From Nannocystales bacterium (GTDB taxonomy: Bacteria > Myxococcota_A > Polyangia > Nannocystales > Nannocystaceae): a DNA stretch of 64,000 bases. Below the pieces are notes generated by a model. The model was not told the DNA's origin. It searched no databases and saw nothing but the letters and a program-made list of their open reading frames with translations. The translations under genes and the position numbers were made by a program. Below are positions 10,005-18,668 of the stretch, piece by piece. Every line of letters starts with the position of its first letter. Position 1 is the first letter of the stretch. Location of the stretch: the NCBI GenBank assembly GCA_050633305.1, contig JBOEGF010000032.1:192001-256000 (forward strand), in the 5' to 3' direction.

Positions 10005-10703
10005 ATGCGCTCGCTGTTTCGCTTGCCCGCCCTTCTCCCGGCTCTCGCACTTCTCCTCCCAGCCTGTGACGACAACAGCGGATCGGAGCCGCCGAGCTCC
10101 GGCACGACGACCTCCACGCCGAGCAGTGAGGGCTCTGGGACCTCGGTAGGTTCTGGTGCGACCTCCGACACACCGACATCGACCACAACGACGTCGAGCA
10201 CCACGCCGAACACCGACACCACCGGGGACAGCCTCACCACCGGGACAACCGGCGGCGACACAGTCGGAGGAACGGAAACCTCCGACGCTTCGACCGGTGA
10301 TCCGGTCGTCCCGCCACCACCGGTCGGGGCAGCCGCGTTGCTGCCATGGCTCGAGGCGGGGAACTACAGCCGATGGGACGCGGAAGCCGAGCGTCACCCT
10401 TCGCAAGGACCGCACTTCGACGGCGTCCGGACCTTCGTCAACGCGACGCTCCTCGACTCGCTCGAGGCCGGCAGTGACGACCATCCCGTCGGATCGTCGG
10501 TGGTCAAAGAGCTCTACGGAGCGGGTCCGGACGTCGGCGGATGGGCGGTGATGGTGAAGGTCGCAGCGGGGAGCAGCGTCGACAGCTGGTACTGGTACGA
10601 GTCCTTTCAAGGCACCACGTACGCGGATGACACGGGCGTCAGCCTCTGCGGAAACTGTCATGGCCGAGGCGTGGACTTCGTCCGCACCACTCTGCCCCTG
10701 TGA
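10005..10703 (+). CDS. Lipoprotein with cytochrome P460-family c-type heme domain
   Basis: Lipobox LPAC, Thr-rich linker, HFDGVRTFVN, PVGSSVVKELY, AVMVK, WYWYE and a C-terminal CGNCH heme motif. Confidence 0.75.
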   Translation: MRSLFRLPALLPALALLLPACDDNSGSEPPSSGTTTSTPSSEGSGTSVGSGATSDTPTSTTTTSSTTPNTDTTGDSLTTGTTGGDTVGGTETSDASTGDPVVPPPPVGAAALLPWLEAGNYSRWDAEAERHPSQGPHFDGVRTFVNATLLDSLEAGSDDHPVGSSVVKELYGAGPDVGGWAVMVKVAAGSSVDSWYWYESFQGTTYADDTGVSLCGNCHGRGVDFVRTTLPL

Positions 10704-10769
10704 GCGCGCTCGCCCGCTGGGATGGGTCCGCGGGGCCTTGGGCTTGGCTTTTTCAGCGCGGTCCGCCGC

Positions 10770-11521
10770 TGTCTGCACCGGTCCCTGCGAGTTCGCGTAG
10801 CCCCCCAAGATCTCCACTCGCGATAGGCCGCCGACTCCGCGGAGTCGCAGAGGACCCCTGCGACGTCGTGCTCCACATGCTTCGTGTCGCGGACGTCGAG
10901 TTCAACGATGGAGCCATTGGGAAACTCCTGGAGCGTCCTGTTCACATTCGCCTTGTCGAGGAACGAGATGTTGTCGCCGAACTTCACCACGAAGCGGTCG
11001 TGGCTGTCGTCCCCGACCGTCGAGGTTTGATCGGCCCAAAACGGGTGCTGAAAGTGCACGCGCAACACGGACACCACGCCGACCAACACTCCACCGAGCA
11101 GGTCCGCGAACATGCCGGAGAACGTGACGATGCACGGCAGACCACCCGACTGGACGTTCGCGGAGCTGCGTACGATGACTGACATGACCGGCAGCCCGCC
11201 CACCACGTTGCCGCAGCTTGAGCCAGCAGTTCGCGGCTCGCCGGTGATGTCCGCTTGAGCGGGTGGAGCTTGGCGACGGCCTGGGACACAAGAGGGTCTC
11301 CACGCTGCGGATCGCCGCGAGCACCCCGGCGCTCCGCCATACCGCCGAACCGGACAGCGGCGCGATGAGCAACCCCCCAACGTTCCCCGCGATGAGCCCC
11401 GACAGGCGCGGAGCGTGTGGGAAGCGTGCGCGATCCCCAAGCGCAGAGGGAGCGCGATCGGGAACGCGACCAGTCCGACGGGGAGATCGAACCGTAGGTT
11501 GTCGAGAACTCGCAGCGACAC
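10770..11521 (-). pseudogene. Eroded SulP-family anion transporter pseudogene
   Basis: SulP fragments lie in three frames: DLPVGLVAFPIALPLRLGIAHAS; SGLIAGNVGGLLIAPLSGS...SVETLLC; KLHPLKRTSPASRELLAQ; GGLPVMSVIVRSSANVQSGG; and a STAS-like ISFLDKANV. Total length is far short of a full transporter. Boundaries approximate. Confidence 0.8.
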
Positions 11522-11640
11522 GGCGCCGGCGGTCCGGGTTCGCGTCAGGCATGAGTCGTGATCAGCGTACGACAGTGATCTACGCGGTCTCAGGCCGAAC
11601 GCCGCCCACACGCCGCAGGCCTGCATGGTACGGTGTCTCT

Positions 11641-11901
11641 ATGAAGGACCTGCGTTGTGCCATGGCGGCCCTCTTCTTCGCCTTGGCGCTCGGCCCAGCG
11701 TGTGACGACGAGGGCGAGCCCACCGACGAGGCCGACAGCATGGACGTGCCCGAGGCCGTGGAGGGTTGTCCGGATGGAGACGACCTCGTCGCCATTGGAG
11801 AAACGCGGGCCTGTGAGTGCGACGACGGCACCGAGGCAGACCAAACCTGCCTGTCTACGGGTGAATACGCAGACTGCAAGTGTGCCGGCGGCGGCTGGTG
11901 A
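11641..11901 (+). CDS. Small Cys-rich lipoprotein
   Basis: MKDLRCAMAALFFALALGPAC lipobox, then GETRACECDDG...QTC...YADCKC module. Confidence 0.75.
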   Translation: MKDLRCAMAALFFALALGPACDDEGEPTDEADSMDVPEAVEGCPDGDDLVAIGETRACECDDGTEADQTCLSTGEYADCKCAGGGW

Positions 11902-12216
11902 ACCGATCCGCCTGGGCATGAACCGAGCACGGATCCGCCGTGCAAACCGCGCAGTCCTCGGTTCGCGCGCCCTGGCCGGCCCTCGAACGTGGGTGAGCCG
12001 CCGGTCTGCGGAGCCGGAGTCCAGGCGCGCGAACAGATCCGCACGGCGCGATGTCGCGAGTTCGGGACCCGTGGCACGGCCGCCCTGGGAAGGTGTGCGC
12101 CGCCGTGGAGGGACGGGCGCTCACCGGCTTCCGTGGAAGATCGTACGACACGGTCTCACCTGAGTGTCACCAGTACGACGGAGGCGCCTGGTCCTGATAC
12201 CCTCGGGGGCGCCTCA

Positions 12217-13554
12217 ATGCCCGCTCACTCGGTCGAACTCCCCCGCGCGCTCAAGCCGCTGCTCGGGACCGTCGTAGCCAAGCGCTATGTCGTGGACGGA
12301 TTCCTCGGCATGGGCGGGATGGCCGTGGTCTTCAGTGGTCGCCACGCGACCCTCGACCGCAAGGTCGCGATCAAGTTCATGCGGCCAGAGTACAGCCTCA
12401 ACGCGGACGTCTCTCGGCGCTTCGATCGCGAGGCACGAGCCGCCTCGAACTTCGACCACCCCAACTGCATCGAGGTCTTCGACTGCGGTGAGACGAACCA
12501 TGGCCTGAAGTTCATCGTCATGCCGTTGCTCGAGGGCGTGGAGCTCGGCTCGGTCCTAGGCCAGCCCTACCCCGCCCCCCAGGTCGTGTGGCTCGGCATC
12601 CAATTGCTCCGTGGCCTGGAACACGCGCACGGGCACGGCGTGGTGCACCGTGACCTCAAGCCCGACAACATCTTCGTCACTTTGGATCACGAGCATCGCG
12701 AGCTGCTCAAGATCGTCGACTTCGGCATTGCGAAGCTGCTGAAGAAGCAGGTCTCCGACGGTTTGCAGACCAAGGTCGGAGCCATCGTCGGCACGCCGGC
12801 GTACATGAGCCCGGAGCAGGCGATGGGGACCGGCATCGACGACCGCGCCGATCTCTACTCCCTCGGCGTCATCCTCTACCACCTGCTCGCAGGCGAGGCG
12901 CCGTTCCGCGCCGCCGACCCTCGAGGCCTGTTGTTCCAGCAAGTCTCGATGGAGGCAAAGCCGCTGCCGAGCGAAGTCCCCGAGCTTGTCACGCGCCTGG
13001 TTACGGCGTTGATGGCCAAAGAGCGGGACGACCGTCCGCCGTCCGCGACCGCCGCCCTTGGGGCCTTCGAACGGGTCTGGCGCCAGCTCCAGGAGGACAA
13101 GACGCCCTGGATTCAGATGGTCGAGGCCCGCAAGTCGGCGCTTCCAGCCACCCCGCTACCGAAGCCGCCGCCGGCCTCCGTCCCTCGGGTGCCCTCACCG
13201 CCTCCGGCCCCTCCGGTCCCCGCCGCCGGCGGAACCCAAATCTACCGGCCGCAGGACGTGCCGACTGCGCCCGAGCCCAGCCCCAAGCCGCCTCGTATGC
13301 AACCGGCGGCGCGTGGCGTACAGCGTCCTCGCGCCTCGCAGACCCCCTCCCCACCTCCTGCAGCCCCGCCCGCTGCAGCGGATCCCAACAAGCTCGACGA
13401 GATGGACGCCGCGCTTCGCAAGTTCCTCGATGGGCAGACGATCACCGCCGAGGACAACCTCCGCAGCGGGATCTTCGACGTTCCCGACGGTGGATGGGGA
13501 GACGAGATTCTGCTCCCGGGGCAGAAGTCCAACGACGATCCCGACGACGCCTGA
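12217..13554 (+). CDS. Hanks-type Ser/Thr protein kinase with Pro-rich tail
   Basis: LGMGGMAVV, VAIK, HRDLKPDN, DFG, GTPAYMSPEQ, DLYSLG; no TM helix. Confidence 0.93.
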   Translation: MPAHSVELPRALKPLLGTVVAKRYVVDGFLGMGGMAVVFSGRHATLDRKVAIKFMRPEYSLNADVSRRFDREARAASNFDHPNCIEVFDCGETNHGLKFIVMPLLEGVELGSVLGQPYPAPQVVWLGIQLLRGLEHAHGHGVVHRDLKPDNIFVTLDHEHRELLKIVDFGIAKLLKKQVSDGLQTKVGAIVGTPAYMSPEQAMGTGIDDRADLYSLGVILYHLLAGEAPFRAADPRGLLFQQVSMEAKPLPSEVPELVTRLVTALMAKERDDRPPSATAALGAFERVWRQLQEDKTPWIQMVEARKSALPATPLPKPPPASVPRVPSPPPAPPVPAAGGTQIYRPQDVPTAPEPSPKPPRMQPAARGVQRPRASQTPSPPPAAPPAAADPNKLDEMDAALRKFLDGQTITAEDNLRSGIFDVPDGGWGDEILLPGQKSNDDPDDA

Positions 13555-13569
13555 ACCGCGGCCCTCGGA

Positions 13570-14568
13570 ATGGGGGCGCCCCGGCGAAGCGTTGCGGCTT
13601 CGATGGGTTGGGCAAGTCTACTCCTGGTGATCACAGCGCTGGCCGGCACGGCTTCGGAGATACCTCCGGGGCTGGGCGAGGTCGCGCGCTTGGCCTCGGA
13701 TCCCGCGCCGGACAAGCTGACCAACGACACCCACTACCTGGTCTCGAACGAGCGCCGCCTCGACCTGCTTCAGGACGACATCGCCGGGAACGGTGGGGTC
13801 TACGTCGGGGTCGGAGCCGCGCAGAACTACCTCCTCGCGGGCTGGGCTGAGCCCTCGTTCACGGTGCTGGTCGACTTCGATCAAGACGTGGTCGACCTGC
13901 ATCGGCTTCACATCGCCTTCCTCGCGCATGCGGGCGACGGCACCGAGTTCGAGGCGCTGTGGGGCGAAGACGCCGAACCGGTCGTAGCTCGCCTGCTCGC
14001 TGTCGCTGCGCCGAACGTGACCGCACGAGTGCGGCTCCAAGGGTTGTACGAGCGTGCGCGGGCCGAGGTCGCAACCTCCCTCGCCAAGACCCGGACACGC
14101 TTCGATGAACTCGGCGTTCGCAGCATCCTCAACGACGACACCCAGTACAACCATGTCGCGGCGCTCGCACGGACGGGGCGCGTCATCGCCAAGCGCGGCG
14201 ACTTCACCGAGGCAGGCGTGATCGCCCAACTCGGGCAAGTCCTCGAGCAAGCGAACGCCCGCGTTGGGGTGCTCTACCTCAGCAACATCGAGCAGTACTT
14301 CATGTACGGCCGTGGCTTCCGCGACAACGTCGATGGACTCCCCATGGATGCCCAGACCACCGTGCTTCGAACCCTGCCCGCCAAGCCGGCGGGGTTCGAG
14401 TACATCACCCAGCGCGGCGACCACATGCAGGCCTGGGTCCAGCGGAAGAACGTCCGCTCGGTCTACCGCATCCGGGGAATGAAGCCCGGCTTGGAGCGAC
14501 CCGCGAGTACACGTATCGAGGCAGGCGCCCCCCCGCTGCGCCCATTGCGCGTGCGTGAACCCAAATAA
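13570..14568 (+). CDS. Secreted hypothetical protein, possibly methyltransferase-like fold
   Basis: Signal-like N-terminus; YLVSNE, GGVYVGVGAAQNY, VDFD, GDF and LYLSNIEQY motifs. Confidence 0.6.
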   Translation: MGAPRRSVAASMGWASLLLVITALAGTASEIPPGLGEVARLASDPAPDKLTNDTHYLVSNERRLDLLQDDIAGNGGVYVGVGAAQNYLLAGWAEPSFTVLVDFDQDVVDLHRLHIAFLAHAGDGTEFEALWGEDAEPVVARLLAVAAPNVTARVRLQGLYERARAEVATSLAKTRTRFDELGVRSILNDDTQYNHVAALARTGRVIAKRGDFTEAGVIAQLGQVLEQANARVGVLYLSNIEQYFMYGRGFRDNVDGLPMDAQTTVLRTLPAKPAGFEYITQRGDHMQAWVQRKNVRSVYRIRGMKPGLERPASTRIEAGAPPLRPLRVREPK

Positions 14569-14570
14569 AA

Positions 14571-14582
14571 GGTTGATGAACC
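14571..14582. promoter_or_regulatory. Short palindrome GGTT-GATG-AACC in an AT-rich patch upstream of the nicotinamidase operon
   Basis: AAATAAAAGGTTGATGAACCGTAAATAGGAG stands out against the high-GC background. Confidence 0.3.
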
Positions 14583-14623
14583 GTAAATAGGAGTCACGAT
14601 GGGATCGAAGGAAATCGAACCCC

Positions 14624-15421
14624 GTGAAGACCCACCTCGTCATCATCGACCCACAGAACGACTTCTGCGACCCCTCGGGGGCGCTCTTCGTGCCCGGTGC
14701 AGAGCGCGACATCGATGCTCTCGCAGCCTTGCTCGACCGTATCGGCGACCAACTCGAGGACGTCCACGTCACCCTCGACTCGCACCGCAAGGTCGATATC
14801 AGCCATCCCATGTGGTGGAGAAGCGCCGCGGGGCAACGGCCAGACCCGTTCACGCGCATTACCGCTGACGACCTCAAGCAAGGCCGTTGGACAACCGCCC
14901 GCCCCACGTTGCACGACCGCTCGCTCGCCTACCTCGAGGCACTCGAGACCCTCGGTCGGTACCCACACACGATCTGGCCCTACCACTGCCTGATCGGAGA
15001 CGAGGGGCACTGCATCGCGCCCAAGCTCGCCTCGGCCCTTCACGCGTGGGAGGACCGGTTCGCCGTCGTCGACGTCATCACCAAGGGCAGCAACCCCTGG
15101 ACCGAGCACTTCTCCGGCGTGCAGGCGGAGGTGCCCGACCCACAAGACCCCGGCACCCAACTCAACAGTGGGTTCGTCTCCACGCTCCAGGATGCGGACG
15201 TCATTCTCATGGCCGGAGAGGCCCTCTCGCACTGCCTGGCCAACACCGTGCGGGACATCGCGCAACAGTTTGGCGCACCGGAGCTCATCCAGAAAATCCA
15301 CCTTCTCACCGACGCCTCGAGTCCGGTGCCAGGGTTCGAGGCGGAGGCCGACGCCTTCGTTCGCGACCTGTCCGCCCAGGGCATGAAGCTGATCACCACG
15401 CAAGACGCCCTCGCGGCCTGA
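14624..15421 (+). CDS. Nicotinamidase-like cysteine hydrolase (isochorismatase superfamily)
   Basis: IIDPQNDFC...GAL, metal ligands LDSH and WPYHC, catalytic Lys in TKG and Cys in GEALSHC. Confidence 0.85.
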   Translation: MKTHLVIIDPQNDFCDPSGALFVPGAERDIDALAALLDRIGDQLEDVHVTLDSHRKVDISHPMWWRSAAGQRPDPFTRITADDLKQGRWTTARPTLHDRSLAYLEALETLGRYPHTIWPYHCLIGDEGHCIAPKLASALHAWEDRFAVVDVITKGSNPWTEHFSGVQAEVPDPQDPGTQLNSGFVSTLQDADVILMAGEALSHCLANTVRDIAQQFGAPELIQKIHLLTDASSPVPGFEAEADAFVRDLSAQGMKLITTQDALAA

Positions 15422-15433
15422 AAGGACAAGACC

Positions 15434-16189
15434 ATGCCCCGATTCGACAACCCCGCCATGGACAACCCCGCCATGGACAACCACCCCATGCCCGGCTCCA
15501 CGTATGCGTTCTCCGCGGCTCGTCCAACCGACCTGGGCGCGAGCGAGTACACCCTCGTCGCCCTCGCCGCCGACAGCAGCAGCAGTGTCGGAGGGTTTGC
15601 CAAGGACATCGAGCAGTGCGTCGCAGAGGTCGTGCGGTCCTGCGGTCGCTCACCACGCTCGGACAATCTGATGCTCCGATTCACCACGTTCAACCATCAG
15701 GTCCGCGAAGTCCACGGCTACCGACCGCTGGTGGCGTGCTCCCCCTCCGACTACAAGGGCTCAATTCGCGCGCAAGGAAGCACCGCATTGTGCGACGCGG
15801 CCTACACCGCCGTCGCTTCGCTGTGCACGTATGGCGCGCAGCTCGAAGGACACGACTTCGACGTCAACGGCATCATCTTCGTGGTCACGGACGGCTGCGA
15901 GAACGCGAGCCGCTCCACGCCGAAAGAGGTCCGCAAGGCCATCGAAAGCGCGCGCAAGCTCGCCCATCTCTCGTCGCTGACGACGGTGCTCGTCGGCGTC
16001 GGCGTGAAGGATCACGGGCTGGGGCAGATGTTGGACGACTTCCGGAAGCAGGCCGGCTTCGATCGGTACGTCGAACTCGATAAGGCAGACGCCTCCTCCT
16101 TGGCCGCGCTTGCGGATTTCGTATCGAAGAGCATCGCCGTCCAATCCCAGGCACTCGCCACCGGGGCCCAGCCCGCCATCGGATTCTGA
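15434..16189 (+). CDS. vWA-domain protein (TerY-like)
   Basis: MIDAS DxSxS (ADSSSS), GSTALCDA and VVTDG; AAGGA RBS upstream. Confidence 0.85.
   Translation: MPRFDNPAMDNPAMDNHPMPGSTYAFSAARPTDLGASEYTLVALAADSSSSVGGFAKDIEQCVAEVVRSCGRSPRSDNLMLRFTTFNHQVREVHGYRPLVACSPSDYKGSIRAQGSTALCDAAYTAVASLCTYGAQLEGHDFDVNGIIFVVTDGCENASRSTPKEVRKAIESARKLAHLSSLTTVLVGVGVKDHGLGQMLDDFRKQAGFDRYVELDKADASSLAALADFVSKSIAVQSQALATGAQPAIGF
15446..15490 (+). repeat. 15-bp in-frame tandem repeat x3 (DNPAM DNPAM DNHPM)
   Basis: GACAACCCCGCCATG twice, then GACAACCACCCCATG. Confidence 0.9.
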
Positions 16190-16191
16190 GC

Positions 16192-16947
16192 ATGCTGCAC
16201 ATCGACGCGCACTTCGCCCGTGGCTATACGCATCCGGTCTGCCAAGACTACGCGGTCGCGGGTGCCCGCATCGCCGTGCTCTGCGACGGATGCTCGGGCG
16301 CCCCGGACTCGGACGTCGGCGCCCGGCTGCTCGCACACGCGGCCCTGAACACCCCGCCCGGAGGTCTCCACGACAGGGCGTGGCTGGAGCGTAGTGAGTC
16401 CGCGCGTAGCGTCCTGGGTCTGGGTATGACCGCCCTCGACGCGACCTGCATCGTGGCAGAAGCGGACGACGATGCGATCACCGTGACGATGTTCGGCGAC
16501 GGTGTCGTCGCGGCCCGGCGCTGCGATGGATCCCTCGCGGTCATCGAAGTCTCGTACCCGCGCAGCGCCCCGCCCTACCCGAGCTACGCACTGTGCCCGC
16601 AGCGGAAGCAAGCCTACGATGACGAGGGACTCGGAGTCCCGACGCTGCACACGACCGGTTGCGCCCCCTCGACCGTCCCGGGGGGTCCCGGGCTGTCGTG
16701 GGTCTTTCCGCGTGCGCAGTGGCGTTCCGTGCTTGTCGGCAGTGATGGGCTCGGAGCCTTCCGACAGTCGGACCAAACCATCGTCCCCGCGCCCGATGTT
16801 GTCTCCGCGCTGTTCCGCTACCCCAGCCCCCGCGGCGCGTTCGTCACCCGCCGCCTACGCAAGTTCCTCGCCAAGGAAGCCCCGACTCTGGGACTTCAAC
16901 CCGAGGATGACGTCGCAGTCGCAGCACTGTGTTGGGAGAACCCATGA
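16192..16947 (+). CDS. PP2C-family protein phosphatase (TerY-P type)
   Basis: HPVCQDY, LCDGCS, FGDG, GSDG and EDDVAV metal-binding motifs. Confidence 0.85.
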   Translation: MLHIDAHFARGYTHPVCQDYAVAGARIAVLCDGCSGAPDSDVGARLLAHAALNTPPGGLHDRAWLERSESARSVLGLGMTALDATCIVAEADDDAITVTMFGDGVVAARRCDGSLAVIEVSYPRSAPPYPSYALCPQRKQAYDDEGLGVPTLHTTGCAPSTVPGGPGLSWVFPRAQWRSVLVGSDGLGAFRQSDQTIVPAPDVVSALFRYPSPRGAFVTRRLRKFLAKEAPTLGLQPEDDVAVAALCWENP

Positions 16948-18638
16948 GCGAGCGTGTGCACGTCAACGGCAAATCGATCGAACTCCGGCCCGAGCATTTC
17001 GTGGCAGCCGGGGGTCAGGGTCGCGTGTTTGCGCTGGGGGACGTGGCGTTCAAGCTCTTCTCCGACCCCGCCGCGGCGCTGCCCCCAGACAAGCTTCGCG
17101 CCCTAAACGCGCTCAAGGGCCCGCACGTTGCGGCTCCGGTGCACACCATCACAGACGGACGCGGCTCGAGCGTTGGCTACACCATGCCGTTCTTCCGCGG
17201 CGCGCACTCGTGGGCACAGCTGTGCACCCCCGTGTATCGCCGTCGCGTCGGGCTCGACGACAGGGCCGCCATGGGACTCGTGCGCTCGCTGGGTGCCGCC
17301 CTCGCCCAGATTCATCGGCAAGGCGCGACGGTCGTCGACTTGAGCGAGAACAACGTGTTGGTCCGCGACACCGCGGTCTGTCTCATCGACCTCGACAGTT
17401 GGCAGACCCGGGACCACCCAGCCACGGCGGTCACGCCAGCGATCCTCAGCCCGCATGCCCCCCCGGGACACTTCGACACCAACACCGACTGGTTCTCGTT
17501 CGCGGTCCTCGCTTGCACGCTCCTGTTGGGTATCCACCCCTTCAAAGGCAAACACCCGAACGTTCGGGGGATCGCTGCGCGCATGCAGGCCGGCCTGAGC
17601 GTATTCGATGCCAGCGTCCGCACCCCTTCGGTCTGCAAGCGACCCGAAACTCTGCCCGCCACACTCCGGGCGTGGTTGGAGTTGGCTCTTCACCGCGGCG
17701 GGTCTGCCCCGCCACCCCTGGGCCCTCTACCCAGCCCCGCCGACGTGAGCGGAAGTCGTCCCACGGATGCGGTTCGCTACCCGGCCCCGATTCGATGGGT
17801 CGTGGTGGGACCGCAGCGCGTGCATGTGGCCACGAGCACCGCGGCGTTCGACGATTCCCAGTGCTGGCATGATGATGGCCAAGTCCTCCGCGCACTCGGG
17901 CGCGCTCGCACGGGTCAGCCGTTTGTCCTGCAGTGCTCGTCCGACGGTGGCACCGAGCTACGGATGCAGGGCTGCGATGCTCGGGTTCCGCTGACCGCGG
18001 CCTACGACGAGATCCTCAGCCACCGAGGACGCGTTTTTGCCCGGGTCGGAGGGCGGCTGGTCGAGCTCGAGGCCCAACGGATCGGCGACCGCCCAATCCT
18101 GCTCACCCGTGAGGTAGCGCGGGTCCTGCCCTTGGCGACCCGACTCTTTCCCGGCGTGGCTGTGCAAAACGCGCTCGGGTCATGGCGCGCCTCGTTGCTG
18201 GGCCACCCCTCAGGGGCGCCCCAGGTTCCGCTCCCCGCGCTGGACGCCTGCGAGGTTCTTGACGCTCGCCGGGCAGGAACGCGCCTCATGGTGTTGTGCC
18301 AGCGCGAAGGGGTCGTTTCGCGCCATTCGTTCGTCCTATCGCCCGACGGCGCCGTCTCAGAACACGCGGTGCAGCGCAATGCAGACCCCTGGGACACCAC
18401 GTTCGTCGCAATCGGAGATCTGTACGTAGAAGTAGGTGAAACCGGCCTGGTTCAACGTTCCGGCGACCAGGTCCAGCCCTGGCAGGCCCCGGGTGGCAAC
18501 CGACAAGATCTCGACCTCCATTCAGATGGTCAGCGGGTCTTCGCGTCCTCGGGTCGCGACCTGCAGGAGCTACGAGCGCCGCCGCCACAGGTGTATGGCT
18601 CGCAGACCCTCGGATTTGACGCCACGCGTTGCCGGTGA
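16944..18638 (+). CDS. YegI/TerY-P-type atypical protein kinase with beta-rich C-terminal domain
   Basis: ATGA overlap with the PP2C gene; AGGQGRVF, VAFK, VVDLSENNVLV, IDLDSW, TDWFSFAVL and GIHPFKG. Confidence 0.8.
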   Translation: MSERVHVNGKSIELRPEHFVAAGGQGRVFALGDVAFKLFSDPAAALPPDKLRALNALKGPHVAAPVHTITDGRGSSVGYTMPFFRGAHSWAQLCTPVYRRRVGLDDRAAMGLVRSLGAALAQIHRQGATVVDLSENNVLVRDTAVCLIDLDSWQTRDHPATAVTPAILSPHAPPGHFDTNTDWFSFAVLACTLLLGIHPFKGKHPNVRGIAARMQAGLSVFDASVRTPSVCKRPETLPATLRAWLELALHRGGSAPPPLGPLPSPADVSGSRPTDAVRYPAPIRWVVVGPQRVHVATSTAAFDDSQCWHDDGQVLRALGRARTGQPFVLQCSSDGGTELRMQGCDARVPLTAAYDEILSHRGRVFARVGGRLVELEAQRIGDRPILLTREVARVLPLATRLFPGVAVQNALGSWRASLLGHPSGAPQVPLPALDACEVLDARRAGTRLMVLCQREGVVSRHSFVLSPDGAVSEHAVQRNADPWDTTFVAIGDLYVEVGETGLVQRSGDQVQPWQAPGGNRQDLDLHSDGQRVFASSGRDLQELRAPPPQVYGSQTLGFDATRCR

Positions 18639-18668
18639 CGGACCCGGCGCGATAGCATCGCGCTGCCT

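Noticed and set aside
10658..11626. 322-aa ORF as an intact SulP transporter
   Set aside because: Conserved motifs are split across three frames and most TM segments are missing; treated as a pseudogene.
12072..12090. TGGCACG as a sigma54 -24 box upstream of the kinase
   Set aside because: No TTGC-like -12 element at the required spacing.
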